64,000 bases of DNA, taken from NCBI GenBank assembly GCA_951406725.2, contig OX597828.1:64170001-64234000 (forward strand), read 5' to 3'. Both the position numbers and the translations under genes were made by a program. Within the stretch, counting starts at the first letter, position 1; each line of letters begins with the position of its first letter. A model generated the notes under the pieces. That model saw only the letters and a list, made by a program, of their open reading frames with translations, searched no databases and was not told the DNA's origin. Below are positions 12,204-25,278 of the stretch, piece after piece. Source of the DNA: Octopus vulgaris. Lineage: Eukaryota.

Positions 12204-13400
12204 TCACATGTACATACGTATATGTACGTATATATGTTTGTACGTGCGTGTGTGGATGTGTGTGGTGCTGCTTCAACAATATGATCCGGTGTGTATGCGT
12301 GTATAGTATTTATTCCAAATTGCGAGTGTTTATTTGTAAGTTTTGGTTCTACTTCTTCTCTAGTATTGAGTTCATTCTTCAGTGCATGTTTAGTGTACTG
12401 ATGTAGACAAACGCATAAACAAGCGATTACACACAAACACACACACACACACATATATTTGTACCTAATTATTTATCTCTTTCTCTTTCAATCCAGGCTC
12501 GTTCCTTCCCTGTGTATGTTTGTATGTAGAAGAGAAGGCGACTGAGACGAGCAGAGTACCTGTACTCAACAGGTACTTTATTTACTGACTCCAGAAGAAT
12601 GAAAATTGAAGTTGGCGTCGGCGTGATTCGAACCCCGACTGTAGACCACCTTAACGATTATCGACACCCAGACTATCTGTTGCTTCAAATATTATACATA
12701 TTAATATAATTATTTATCTTTACTTCCGAAAGCTGTCACCCTCGACTTACAGTGCTCTAGAAATAGATATATTCTTTACTCTCTTCCTGTTTCACTCATT
12801 AAACACGGCCAAGCTGGAGCAAAACTTTGAAACATTTCTCTTTTTTTAGGAGTTCCATTTAACTTTCAACTGATTTACGGCATACTAACACCGATCCACT
12901 TTTCTTTTTAAGTGGTCGCATCAAAAGTGTGATGTATTTCACGTGCACAGAAGGCAGGAATTATTTCAACTCGACCTGATTTAATATTTTCCGACGAAGA
13001 CTTAGTCTTAAGTACTGTTTCCTGAGCAAATGTGGCGGAGGAGCAATTTATATTTTCTCTTCATAAAATGATTCCGCGTTAAAAACGGTGTCCCATAAAT
13101 CCTGCGGGACCCGTTGAAAGGGTAAGCCAATCGTACGGAGCCACATTATGTGTTCCTAGAATACAAATTACCAGTTTTTATATGACGAACCGCTACATCA
13201 CGGGACAGGGAAACGAAATAAACGATACCAATTTCTTTTAGATTGGCGATGGTCGACGCCTAGACCCGGTCATAAACTCACACATATTCACACGTATATG
13301 TGTTTGTATGTGTGTGTGTATTTCAGTATGTATAACTTGTGTTTATACACAGAGAAGAATATGCATGTATATATTTATATTTGTGTATATTTATGCATAT

Positions 13401-13458
<58 letters not shown>

Positions 13459-13553
13459 GAGTGTGTATGAGTATATGTATGCATTCAAATGTATATGTGT
13501 ATTTTCCTTTCTCTCTCTGCATATACACACATACGCACAAACGCGTATGATTG

Positions 13554-13591
<38 letters not shown>

Positions 13592-13937
13592 TACATACAT
13601 ACGCGGCGGGCGTCTGCACAATTTCCGTCTTATCAAGTTTCGCTGCATATCTATTATGTAATATTTCTGTTGTTTATCTGTGTGATGTTTACATCTAAAT
13701 CTAGAGTTGTTGAATCTGCTGAATTTTATACATGCACACATACTATACATACATAAGGACATACAAACATACTTACGAATATACATTTACCTATGCAAGT
13801 ACATGAGTAAATTCATTGTAATATTTGTTTACAAGAACAGGAGAGTAAAATGTACATGTGCCTGAGTGTATCTATATGTAGACATTCATACATGTATATA
13901 TGTAAGTGCGTATGCATGTTTGTATGCTTGCAAGTAT

Positions 13938-14076
<139 letters not shown>

Positions 14077-15149
14077 CGTGTGCGTATCATATTACATATT
14101 GCATTGCAGATAAATAATATTTCATTTCATGTTCAAGCCCAGCTAAAATCCGAGCAATCTTTAGACGATTGCCAAAATCGTTTGCTGTTTTAATCATGGC
14201 GTATTGCACGTTGCATTGCTGAATTGCATGCTGGGTAACATTTCTGTGATGAGCATCATTCATTACATATTAATATTTGGAATACTGAGTCATTTCTCTT
14301 TAGTTGATCCGAGATATAATATATTTGAAATAAACGAACAGCGTATTTTTATTAACGTCTTTCTGTTGAGCGTCATTTAGTTATGAATTTTACATATTTA
14401 AAATGTTTTTTGTCATATCAAAAATAAAAATATAAAATATTGGAACAAAGAAAAAAGGAAATATAATTCAAGAAGTATTGGAATCAATAAGGAAATATAA
14501 AGATTGTCAGATAGAATGAGCTGAGGAGCGTAAAATCGAAAACTGGTAGAGGAAAAAAGAAGAGGAAAATAGAAGGAATCACCGACCTGTACTATTATCA
14601 GAAAGATGATCCAGTGATAATTTAGAATGTTAATTTATAATTATATATATATAATGAAAGCTTGTGATATTTAGTTACTAAATTTGTAATCAGGAGGTGA
14701 TGTACTATTTTATTTTTTTGAAGGTATTTTTCAAGCTGTTGGCATTTGATAACTACCTTGGATCCTGCATTTTGATCACTTTTAGATTCCTTTAGTTTTA
14801 TTTTTTCAGTGCGTAGGCCTTTTCTTCTTTCTGTTCAAGTTGAATCTATTTTATGAAATTTTTTTTTTACATATCCTTATTAGATTATCACATTAGTATC
14901 CAACTAAGATGCTGCAACTTCTGGATCATTTAGGACAACGGGCATGGTGTGAGGGATTAACTTAACGATTGAAAATATATCAATAATATTATTGCATATC
15001 TTCAAAGGAAGATTTGCTGGTGCGGTCTCAATAACGCTAGAAAACATTGGCCTCAATAATCTCCCTATATCTATAAACGTTTAAAAAACATCTGCGGATC
15101 ATCTGAACAAAGTTGTGACAGCAGCGAATTGTTGCTGCCTTCTGTTGCA

Positions 15150-15167
15150 TGAATGTATGTATGTATG

Positions 15168-15201
<34 letters not shown>

Positions 15202-15480
15202 TGTATGTATGTATGTATGTATGTATGTATGTATGAATGTATGTATGAATGTATGTATGTATGAATGTATGCATGTATGTATGAATGTATGTATGTATGT
15301 ACGTATGTATGTATGTATGTATGTATGAATGTATGTATGTATGTATGAATGTATATGTATGTATGTATGTATGTATGCATATGTGCAGGTTTGTATGTAT
15401 GTATGTATGCATGAATGTATGTATTTATGTATGTATGTATGTATGTATGGATGGATGGATGTATGTATGCATGTATATAT
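15150..15480. repeat. (TATG)n microsatellite
   Basis: Direct inspection. Confidence 0.95.
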
Positions 15481-15541
15481 GTATAAATGTGTGTGCCTAT
15501 GTATATTTGTGTGTATGTATATGTGTGTGTATGTGTGGGTG

Positions 15542-15573
<32 letters not shown>

Positions 15574-15988
15574 CTGCAGTATGTATCTCTATGTATGCAT
15601 GCATTTATATATAGGAATGTGTATGTATAATATGTGTGTATGTACGTATTTATTTCACCAGTGACGAAACATGTACAGCCATCAGGTTATCCTTCGGAGG
15701 GAGGTTGTTAGAATCTGGGCAGAACAAAAACAAAACCTGGCAGAAGGACGGATGAACCCAACTTAAATCGCGGTGTCAAAAAAATACTCGAGATGTCGAA
15801 CGTTTTGAATAGGAGTGATCACTGTTTCTCGACAGAACTATCTATTTACTTCTCTCTCTTTTCCTCCCTCTCCCTCCCTTTCCACTTTACTTATATTATA
15901 TATATATATATATATATCATGTTGATTCGTTAGCTACTGCACGCATTTTTTTTCTCTCCTTCTTTCTGTGTTTTTTTCTCTCTGTGTA

Positions 15989-16026
15989 TCTTTCTGTTGA
16001 AGAGCGTAGGCTCGAAACGTTAAAGA
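15989..16026 (+). ncRNA. minimal type I hammerhead-like motif (PLE-type)
   Basis: TCTTT-CTGTTGA-A-GAGC-GTAG-GCTC-GAAACGTT-AAAGA. Perfect stems I and II, loopless palindromic stem III (ACGT), core variant CUGUUGA. Confidence 0.6.
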
Positions 16027-16160
16027 CTTGTTTTATTTATATTTCCTGAGCGCCATACTAATACAATTTTTCGTTTGTTTTCCACCTGCCTTCGTCTTTT
16101 GTCTATTTTCATAAAGCTTCCCGTTATATATATATATATTATATATATATATATATATAA

Positions 16161-16325
16161 AACAAAGGGTAAAATTAATTAATTAGGAAGTAATCAGTAA
16201 TTTCACCAAGTACTTTGGTTTTTCTGGGAGCCCCTTTTTAAAGTAGAAGGAATAGCTAAGATATTTTGACTGCTATTTCTAAACTTCGGTATGTGGTGAA
16301 GCAAATCTCTGCTGAACCCTATTAT
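16161..16325 (+). repeat. short (TA)n-flanked repeat, homologous to 28487-28600
   Basis: Shared ...TTTTAAGTAGAA.GAATAGC...TTTGACTGCTATTTCTAA...CGGT.TGTGGTGA.GCAAATC...AACCCT. Confidence 0.7.
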
Positions 16326-16328
16326 AAA

Positions 16329-16449
<121 letters not shown>

Positions 16450-17671
16450 CATACATACATACAAACATACATACATTCATCCATACATAATACATACATA
16501 CATACATACATTCATACATACATTTATATATATGTGTGTGTGTGTACGTATGTAAGTCTCCGTACGTGTATGTTTGTGCACGCAGACACAGGCTCACACA
16601 CACACACACACGCGCGCACAGCCCCAACGACAGGAAGAGAAGTCGATAGGGCTCCTTAGAAGTGGTGAAGGGGCTCTATGAATGAGCTCCAGAATCATAC
16701 AAAATCTCAGACTGTTCAGCCATGTTGCTCGACTTTCCCTTCTGTCCGTTGGCTTCTTACAGCTGGGACGGATAACTAGAAAGCTCGGGTCACATTTACT
16801 ATTGGACTTATGCCGTTCACGGCAAAGATAATACGAGGAATGCGAAATCCTTCTGCAATTGTAAAACTTCAATGAAAAGATATCTTCCGTAAATGCGAAA
16901 CAGGAATCTTGTATTTGATAGGTGGTCGTTTTGGAGATCGGAGTGCGACGGGCACCGACGAAGAGGGTTTGCCGCCACCATCACCACCTCCGTATACGCC
17001 TCGTTCATGAGAACACACTACTGTTGCGTGATCTTTTCGGTAGAGCACTCATTTGCACCAAGATTTTACGATGTCCAACCCCGCCCCCACCCCACCGAAA
17101 ACGAGATGTGGAATTCAAGTTGATGTTCATCATCGAATTCTGAGGACAAACATTATTATGTGTGTATGTATGTGTGTGTGTGTGTGAGAGAGAGAGAGCG
17201 AGTGAGAGAAAGAGAGAGAGAGCGAGTGAGAGAAAGAGAGAGAGAGAGCGAGTGAGAGAAAGAGAGAGAGAGAGCGAGAGAGAGAGCGAGTGAGAGAGAG
17301 AGAGTGAAAGTTGTTTTTCTTTTAAATTATTCAAATTGCTTCTATAAAGGAGATTATTTCAACAAAGGGAGACAACTACATTACTGGGATTTAGGTAACA
17401 ACAACGAGGAAGAGTAAAATGTGCTGCGCTGTCATAAATACTTGCATATTTTTATTGTTCCACTTATAGATTCGACAAGCACACAAATACTTATGTCATT
17501 TTACAAATATCACACACACAAACACACACACGCGCATATATATGTATACATACAAACCAACACACACATATATAATGTACAGAACTATCATACATGCTTT
17601 CAAATTTGTAAACACATATATACATACATTCACAATTATATCATATAAATATATATATATATATATAATAT

Positions 17672-17746
<75 letters not shown>

Positions 17747-17778
17747 TATATATATGTATATATAATACGTATACATAT

Positions 17779-17827
<49 letters not shown>

Positions 17828-18039
17828 TTACTATAGACGACAGTAACGGGTGGTGAGTGAGTGAGTTTGCCACGATTTCCTAGGTGTGTCTTTATCTTAC
17901 CTGATAAGGCCTCTGTGAAACCTTGATTGCAAATCTCAAATTACATTCTTGAATCAACTCACAAACAAACAGCCAACCGCAATGTGTTAGAGATGTTGTC
18001 TGCCTGTTAGAATAATAGCAAAAACGACTACAACGAAAA

Positions 18040-18046
18040 TAATAAC

Positions 18047-18135
<89 letters not shown>

Positions 18136-18215
18136 CAATAATAATAACAATAATAATAATAATGATGATAATAATAATAATAATAATAATATATAACAGC
18201 AACAACAACAACAAC

Positions 18216-18282
<67 letters not shown>
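18040..18282. repeat. (TAA)n/(CAA)n microsatellite
   Basis: Direct inspection. Confidence 0.95.
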
Positions 18283-18285
<3 letters not shown>

Positions 18286-18600
18286 GAGTCAATCAGCTGG
18301 GAGATGATGGGCTGTTCAATCATGGAGCACTCCCGATTCCGGATTATCTTTTCTACGGCAAACAGATCTGGTGCTAGAGCGTAACAGACCGGACCTGGTG
18401 GTTGTGGACCAGATGCACCACATATGCTATAACAGTAGAACTGTTACAAAAGGTTTTCCTCCTTGGCACGGCGGCCAGAATAATCAGGAAAGTATTAGTT
18501 GAAAAGAACAGATAACACGGTACTGTATGCTGCAGATAGCAAGTCCCCTACGCATGCAAGATTCTAGGAGTTCCAACAAAACCTGCGTTAAAAAGAATAA
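18283..18600 (+). mobile_element. internally deleted R4/Dong-type LINE fragment with GC-rich leader
   Basis: Follows (TAA)n; encodes DLVLERNRPDLVVVDQ (RLE PD motif) and ELLQKVFLLGTAARIIRKVL (C-terminus); leader 18283-18357 is duplicated at 18755-18830. Confidence 0.6.
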
Positions 18601-20018
18601 TTTCTGTATTGCACGGTGGGGTTGTAGATAAGGGGATTTTGCAAAGCTAAATGCAAAATCTTGGGTAGCTGACATAGAATAAGATACGAAAGAAATTAGC
18701 TAACAATAAAAACAGTATCAACAACAATAACATGAATGAATCGAGTGGGGTGATGTCGACCAGCTGGGAAATGAGGGGCTGTTCAATCAGGGAGCAGCCC
18801 CACTCGATTCCGGATTATCTTTTCTACGGCGTTTTCTCCAAGGTTTGTTCTTCGGATTACTGATACAGCTGAAAATAAATCCGTCCACTCGGAACCCACT
18901 CACCATACATACCCATTCTTTTGTATCGTCCCATTAACCTCCCAACTTTGGTTTCAAAAGTAAATCTCAAGATGTTGATGAAAGACTTGAGCCTAGGATC
19001 CCATCATCGTTGAATTTGATATAGAAACGTTCCCCAGATCTCATCAGACACACCGAAGTCCTTAACTCGCATAAAGTCAATTTCCAACTTTTGTCTTTAT
19101 TAATCCTTTATCATTTCACTGTTCGAAGCGTATTTAATTTACTTTTTAGTAAAATTTATAGATTATCATCCATGTTAAGTTAGTTTAGTCGAGATACCTC
19201 ACTCGCCACCTAGGTGAGCGCTAGGCAGAACAACTACATAGAAAGGGGTTCTACAAAAGAAAAAAAAAAGGGGTTAAAAACCACTGACCTAGACGAACAG
19301 AACAGGGTCTGGTTTCAGGATTTCCAATCCTGACCAACACACAATCTCCATTCCATATTTTATCTTTTGGTTTTGAAGAAAAGCAATGCGTTTGATCCAT
19401 CAGGGCCTCCGAGGCAAAGAAGAGGATGCTCAAAGTCAGTCGAAGGGCCAAAGGGTAGTGTTAAATTGGGTGAGAGTTTATGAGACCACAAGGGCATTTG
19501 AACAAAGAATACTGATGGCCGGAACAAATAGCGCAAAGCATGTGATGCAATTTACTTACATTTCCACCAATCCACGCTCCTGGATTGGTGAGTTTTCATT
19601 GACCCAAAAGGGTGGAACAGTAATGTTCGCTATAGAAGAATTTGAAATTCGAGCGCACAATCAGAACAAATACAATGATGCATAGAGTCCGATGCTCTAA
19701 CGACTCAGCCAATTGCCTCAGAAAGTAACAGAATTGTTTGCTCTTCAGGACAAAAGGGATATAAGGTGGAGCGAGCGTCACAGTAGCGGGATCCATCGTA
19801 TAAGTGAAACAAAACTATTCAGTAAGTCGGCTGGGTTCGAACACAGAACGTAGCTTCTGTGTGTGTGTCATGTGTGTGTGCGCTACACGCATGCGCTGTT
19901 TAACCCTTCCAGTTTGTACATGTCTCGCATCAGCCCGCTAGTTACTGCATCCATGATTGTTCATCGAACTGACTCGCCAAGCAGTATTTCCCTGATTATA
20001 GTGTGTATAGCTAAATGG

Positions 20019-20240
20019 TAATAATCCTTTCTAATATAGGGCACAAGGCCTGAAATGCTGGTGGAGGGGACCAGTCGGTTAGATCTACCCCAGTACGCAA
20101 CTGGTACTTAATTTATCGATCCCGAAAGGAGGAAAGGCAAAGTCGACCTCGCCGGAATTTGAACTCAGAACGTGCAGACAGACGAAGTACCTCAGAGCAT
20201 TTCGCCCGGCGTGCTCACGATTCTGCCAGCTCTCCGCCTT
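20019..20240 (-). mobile_element. Meta-domain tRNA SINE
   Basis: Reverse-complement homolog of 8656-8886. Confidence 0.85.
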
Positions 20241-20427
20241 ATATCGAAACAGTTATACCACTAGTGGTCAGTTATTTTGGGCAGGGCTCGGTATCTTTTA
20301 TTTGGACTATTGTTGATTTTGTAGATTTTGAGCAAAAGTCACCTACATAGTGCAAATAGGTAAATGCCCACACATATATACAAATATGATATGATATATA
20401 TATATATATACATATATATACATATAT

Positions 20428-20730
20428 GATTGCACCTTGAAAGTTACCCTCTCAGGCACAAGTCCAGAGAAGCTTGTTTATGGAAGATCAGCAGTCGCCC
20501 ATGCATACCGGCCTCCCCTCTCCACGCCACTAGTGTTATCCAAGGGAAAGGCAAAGGGGCTGATACAGCTTGGCACCTGTGACGTCACAACTCATTTCTA
20601 CAGCTGAGTGAACTGGAGCAACGTGAAATAAAGTGTCTTGCTCAAGAACACAACACGCAGCCCGGTCCAGGATTCGAACTCACAAACTAACGACCGTAAG
20701 CTCGACGCTCTAACCACTGAGCCATGCGCC
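20428..20730 (-). mobile_element. tRNA-derived SINE, second family
   Basis: Minus head GGCGCATGGCTCAGTGGTTAGAGCG...GAGTTCGAATCC (A and B boxes), then CTTGAGCAAGACAC central domain. Confidence 0.85.
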
Positions 20731-20873
20731 TTCACACACACACACACACACACATATACACATATATATATATATATATATAAACATATATACATGTATA
20801 TATATGCATACATACATATATATTTACATATATATATATGTATATATACATATATATATATATGCATACATAC

Positions 20874-20919
<46 letters not shown>

Positions 20920-21455
20920 ATGCATACATATATATATATTTACCTATATATATATATGTATACATGTATATATATATGTATACATGCATGTATATATTTG
21001 TATATATATATATACATATACATATGTGTGTGTGTGTGTGTATACACACACACACACATGTGTGCATGTAACCGTGCGATCTCACACGCCTTCCATAAAC
21101 CTTTGCTCTTCCTCTCGCCCACATAATTCGCAGATTCTCTCTTTTGCCAGCTTTTCCTATTATCTCTTATCCATACTATACTTGTACGTCTATACACATA
21201 CTTAAGCGCGCACAGACATACTCACCTATCTGTGATTTATATTCCACCGCCTTTATGATTATGTTGCTCTTTGGTGTGTGTATGTGTGTGTGCCTCTCTG
21301 TGTGTGTGTGTGCGTGTGTGAGTGTGTGTGTGTGTGGTTATATTCTATGTGTTTATCCATTTAAGGTCGAAGCCAGATACACACGATTAGTATAAAACGA
21401 GTCGCTTTGGTTGACATATCGACCAGACGTTGGTTCGGAGTTGTGAGTTCAATTT

Positions 21456-21499
<44 letters not shown>

Positions 21500-21710
21500 G
21501 AGAGAGAGAGAGAGAGAGGGAGAGAGAGAGGGAGAGAGAGAGTGAGAGAAAAAGAGATTCAAATGCAATAATCTAAAAAGTGTTATGTCATCGTTAGAGA
21601 AATCTGAGAAGCATTTTTATTGATTTTCGAGATATGGCAATGATAGCGAACTTCGCACAATTACTGTTAAAAAAACATAGAAATGTCTAAATGCAGGAAA
21701 CGAAAAATAT

Positions 21711-21912
21711 TTCTTCCTACTCTCGGTGCTAAGCTGGCGATTTCAGACCAGAGGACTGGTCGACCCCACTGCCTGACTGGCACTTATTTTATCGACACCA
21801 AAAGGATGTAAGGCAAAGCAGGTTTCAGTGGAATTTGAACACTGAACGTTAAGAAGGGGGGAAATACCTCTAAACCCGTTTGTCCGGCGGGGCTAACGGT
21901 TCTGCCAAGCTG
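21711..21912 (-). mobile_element. diverged Meta-domain SINE
   Basis: ACTTATTTTATCGAC...AAAGGATG...GGAATTTGAAC blocks. Confidence 0.75.
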
Positions 21913-21994
21913 ACCAAACAACTTCCTCAAGAGAGAAAAAGAAAACTTCTTAAAATAATCTCAAACTGTTTTTTAATGTATCCACAACATCAAC

Positions 21995-21995
21995 A

Positions 21996-22037
<42 letters not shown>

Positions 22038-22177
22038 GCTACTACTACTGCTACTATTACTACCGCTACTACTACTACCGCTACTACTACTACCGCTACT
22101 ACTGCTACTGCAACTGCTACTACTACTACTGCTACTACTACCACTACTACTACTACTACCTACTACTACTACTACCG

Positions 22178-22218
<41 letters not shown>

Positions 22219-23700
22219 GCTACTACTACTACTAATGCTACTGCTGCTACATTGTAGATGTGAAAGCGGTAATAATTATGTGGTGGTTGGTGGAAGTGGT
22301 GTTGCTAGAATAAAGGAGACGTTTTGGCGGTGGTGCAGGGTTGGGTGAATACAGCTGGTTTGAAGATGTTGTGGTTGGGATGTAGTAGTTGCTGTGTGGC
22401 ATGATGGTGTGGTGTCGTAGTGGTGGCGACTGTATTAGTGGTTGGTGATAGTGGTGGTGGTGGATGGTGTTGTGTTATATCAGTGCTGGTGATGTGGTAG
22501 TGATAGGTGTAGTGTTGTAGTTGTGGTAATAGTGTTAGTGGTAGACGCAATAGTGTGGTGGTGGTAGAGGAGGTAGTGCTAGTGATCTGGTGGTTGCTTT
22601 GCTGCAGTTGCGTAGGTAGAGATTGTCGTGGTATGAATTGGTGGTCTTAATGCTGTATTGGTAGGTGTTAGGGGTGTGGTGGTGGTGATACGGGTAGCAG
22701 TGGTGACCGTGGCATCCCTGTTAGTGGTGGTAGTGAATATGGTGGTGGTGCTGGTGGTTGTAGTGAGAGTCGCAGTGTGTCTGTGGTAGTAGTGGTAGTG
22801 GTGGCAGTAGTATTAGTAGTGGTGTTGTATTAATGGCAGGAGTGGCAGTAGTAGTAGTGGTTGTAGTGGTGGTGGTGGTGGTTGTGAGGGTTGTAGTGCT
22901 GTGTTAATAGTGGGGTGGTAGTGAGAAGGATAGTAGTGGTGGTAGTTGGTGCTATTCGAGATGATACTAGTGATGCTGCTGCTGCATGATGGTGGTGGTG
23001 GTGGTGGTGGTCTCCTGCTGTGACTGTTATTTCCTGCATCAAGGTAGCAAGCCCCAGAGCCTCGGATCCTGTTTCTTGGCACACTTCCGGGAGGCGACTC
23101 CCAATGATATGCAATCCGAACTCTTCATCCTCTTGGAAATTCATTAGAGGCAACAACAACAACTGTTACAATAACAACAGCACCAGTGACACCACCACCA
23201 CCACCAATAGCAACAACAGCAAGACCATCGCCATCACCACACTCGTCGCCGCCACCACCACCACCGATAACAACTACAACTGAAACCACAAGAGAAACAG
23301 CAGCAGCAGCAGAAACAACAACAAGGATACCAGCATCCCCAGGATGATCCCGTTCTCATTACCATCACCACAATACAACGTCGTTTTCACGACACCACGA
23401 CTAATTAGCCTGCGCCTCCTCCACCGCCGTCTAATTCGGTGTGGATAGCAACTCTCATGGCGGTGGTGACGATGTTGATGTTATTGTTGTTGGTGGTGGT
23501 GGTGGGGTGGTGGTCGGAATTGTGGCAGTGGTGAAGGTACGTAGTGGAGGTGCTAGTGCTGGCGGTGGAGGTGCTAGTGCTGGCGGTGGAGGTGGTCGGG
23601 ATTTTGGCAGCTGTGGAGGTAGTGGTGGTGGTGGTGGTGGTGGTGGTGGTGGTGGTGGTGGTGGTGGTGTTATCAGGATTAAAAGGTGGGGTAGGTGGGT
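21995..23700. repeat. extended trinucleotide low-complexity region (CTA/GGT/ACC/AAC)
   Basis: Direct inspection; short unique islands at about 23010-23150 and 23320-23460. Confidence 0.9.
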
Positions 23701-23804
23701 GGACACAACTAAGTTTGCTTAAAACTTTTGAAACTTATCCAAGAGAATGGCGAAGGCAAAAGTATTGCAAGGATCTGAACTATTTGGTCTTCGCGCATCT
23801 TTTT

Positions 23805-24200
23805 CTGGCAGAATCGTTGCAGCATCGTAAAAAATACTCTGGCTTCTATCCCCTGGCTCTTCGTGTTCTGAGTTCCAGTCTTCCTGAAGTCGACTTTGCC
23901 TTTCATCATTTTGGTGTCGATAAAATAAAATAGCAGTTGTGTACTAGGGTCAATGTAATCTTTTCATTCCCTCTACATCTGTGTGGGCGACACTAAAAAA
24001 AAATAGGGTAAGGATTTGGTACACTTATTAGAAAAAAAACCTTGCCTTCTGGTATTTCTTCCGGTTCGTTACGCACTGAGTTCAAATCCTGTCGAGATCA
24101 ACTTTGCCTTTCAGTGCTTCCAGAGTTGTTCAAATAAAGAACCCATTAAGAATTGATTTCATCGATTTACCGAACTCTCCGCTAAATGTTAGGGCTTGGG
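23805..24200 (+). mobile_element. two tandem diverged Meta-domain SINE copies
   Basis: Two occurrences of CTGAGTTC...ACTTTGCCTTTCA at about 23870 and 24080. Confidence 0.7.
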
Positions 24201-24464
24201 TCTCTGATGGATACAATAAAGCTGCGTCAGAGGATGGATGTGGCTATTTTGTTAGTCTGAGAACTGATGGATGAGGAATGCTTCAAATATTTACACATTA
24301 TAACTTTTGCTTAACCCTACGTCCGGTCAAACTTGATTCAGCTGAAAGACGGGTAAAACCATTCCACCGGAAATCTCTGTCAGAAGAAAAAGAGCTGGAA
24401 CAAATATCGGAAGACGCCTTATCTCATCCTCTAACACTTTTACCAACCCTCAGCTCTGCAGTGG

Positions 24465-24605
24465 TGTATTTTTTTTATCGTCCCCCAAAAGAATTAAAAT
24501 CAAAGTTGACTTCAGCGGGACTTGAACACAGAGTGCAGAGATTCAGAGAACATACAGGAAGGCATTCAACCCAACGCTCTAACAACTCAATTAATCGGCG
24601 ACTCC
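24465..24605 (-). mobile_element. diverged Meta-domain SINE
   Basis: TTTTATCGTCCCCCAAAAG...AAAGTTGACTTCAGCGGGACTTGAAC. Confidence 0.6.
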
Positions 24606-24742
24606 AATCTTTATACATTGGACTGGCCGAATCGTTCGATAGTTGGATAATATCCCTTGCGGTGTTTTAGTCCTGTGCTCAAACCCTGCTAAACTCAGTG
24701 TAGATAGACTGATAGATATGCGTAATTATGCATGTAGTATGC

Positions 24743-24788
<46 letters not shown>

Positions 24789-25211
24789 TTATATAGCTTT
24801 GTATATAAACGTACAAAATACAGGTTGTACTGAGGTCATTATTGACTGATTAAAGTATCGCAGGAATATTTTTGAACGATACATTTCTCTCACAAAATTA
24901 TTTGTACTGGCATTGAAAACCTTATCGTCTTTTGAAGGGGAGATAATTGGATCAAAGCAATACAGAAACACTAACGAGATTCATAGCTTATTCTGTGGGC
25001 AGCCCATATATATATATATTTTGATTTTGATTTGAAAACCCCACTAGAATGGGAGAAAGCGCTAATGATCTAAATGATATGATATATATGTAAAAAATGT
25101 AATATATAAATAAATATATGTAAATATAAACCATCCGATCTTCTGATTACCTCATTTCTTCTAATATATAATACCTGTACATCATCTCCAAACCTTCCAA
25201 TATATATATAT

Positions 25212-25275
<64 letters not shown>

Positions 25276-25278
<3 letters not shown>

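Noticed and set aside
14518-14552. CTGAGGA...CGAAA
   Set aside because: No credible stem II or stem I; chance match in purine-rich DNA.
20640-20730. tRNA-like sequences (also 60357-60430 and 8656-8745)
   Set aside because: They have A and B boxes but no clean cloverleaf or terminator and continue into repeat bodies, so they are SINE heads rather than tRNA genes.
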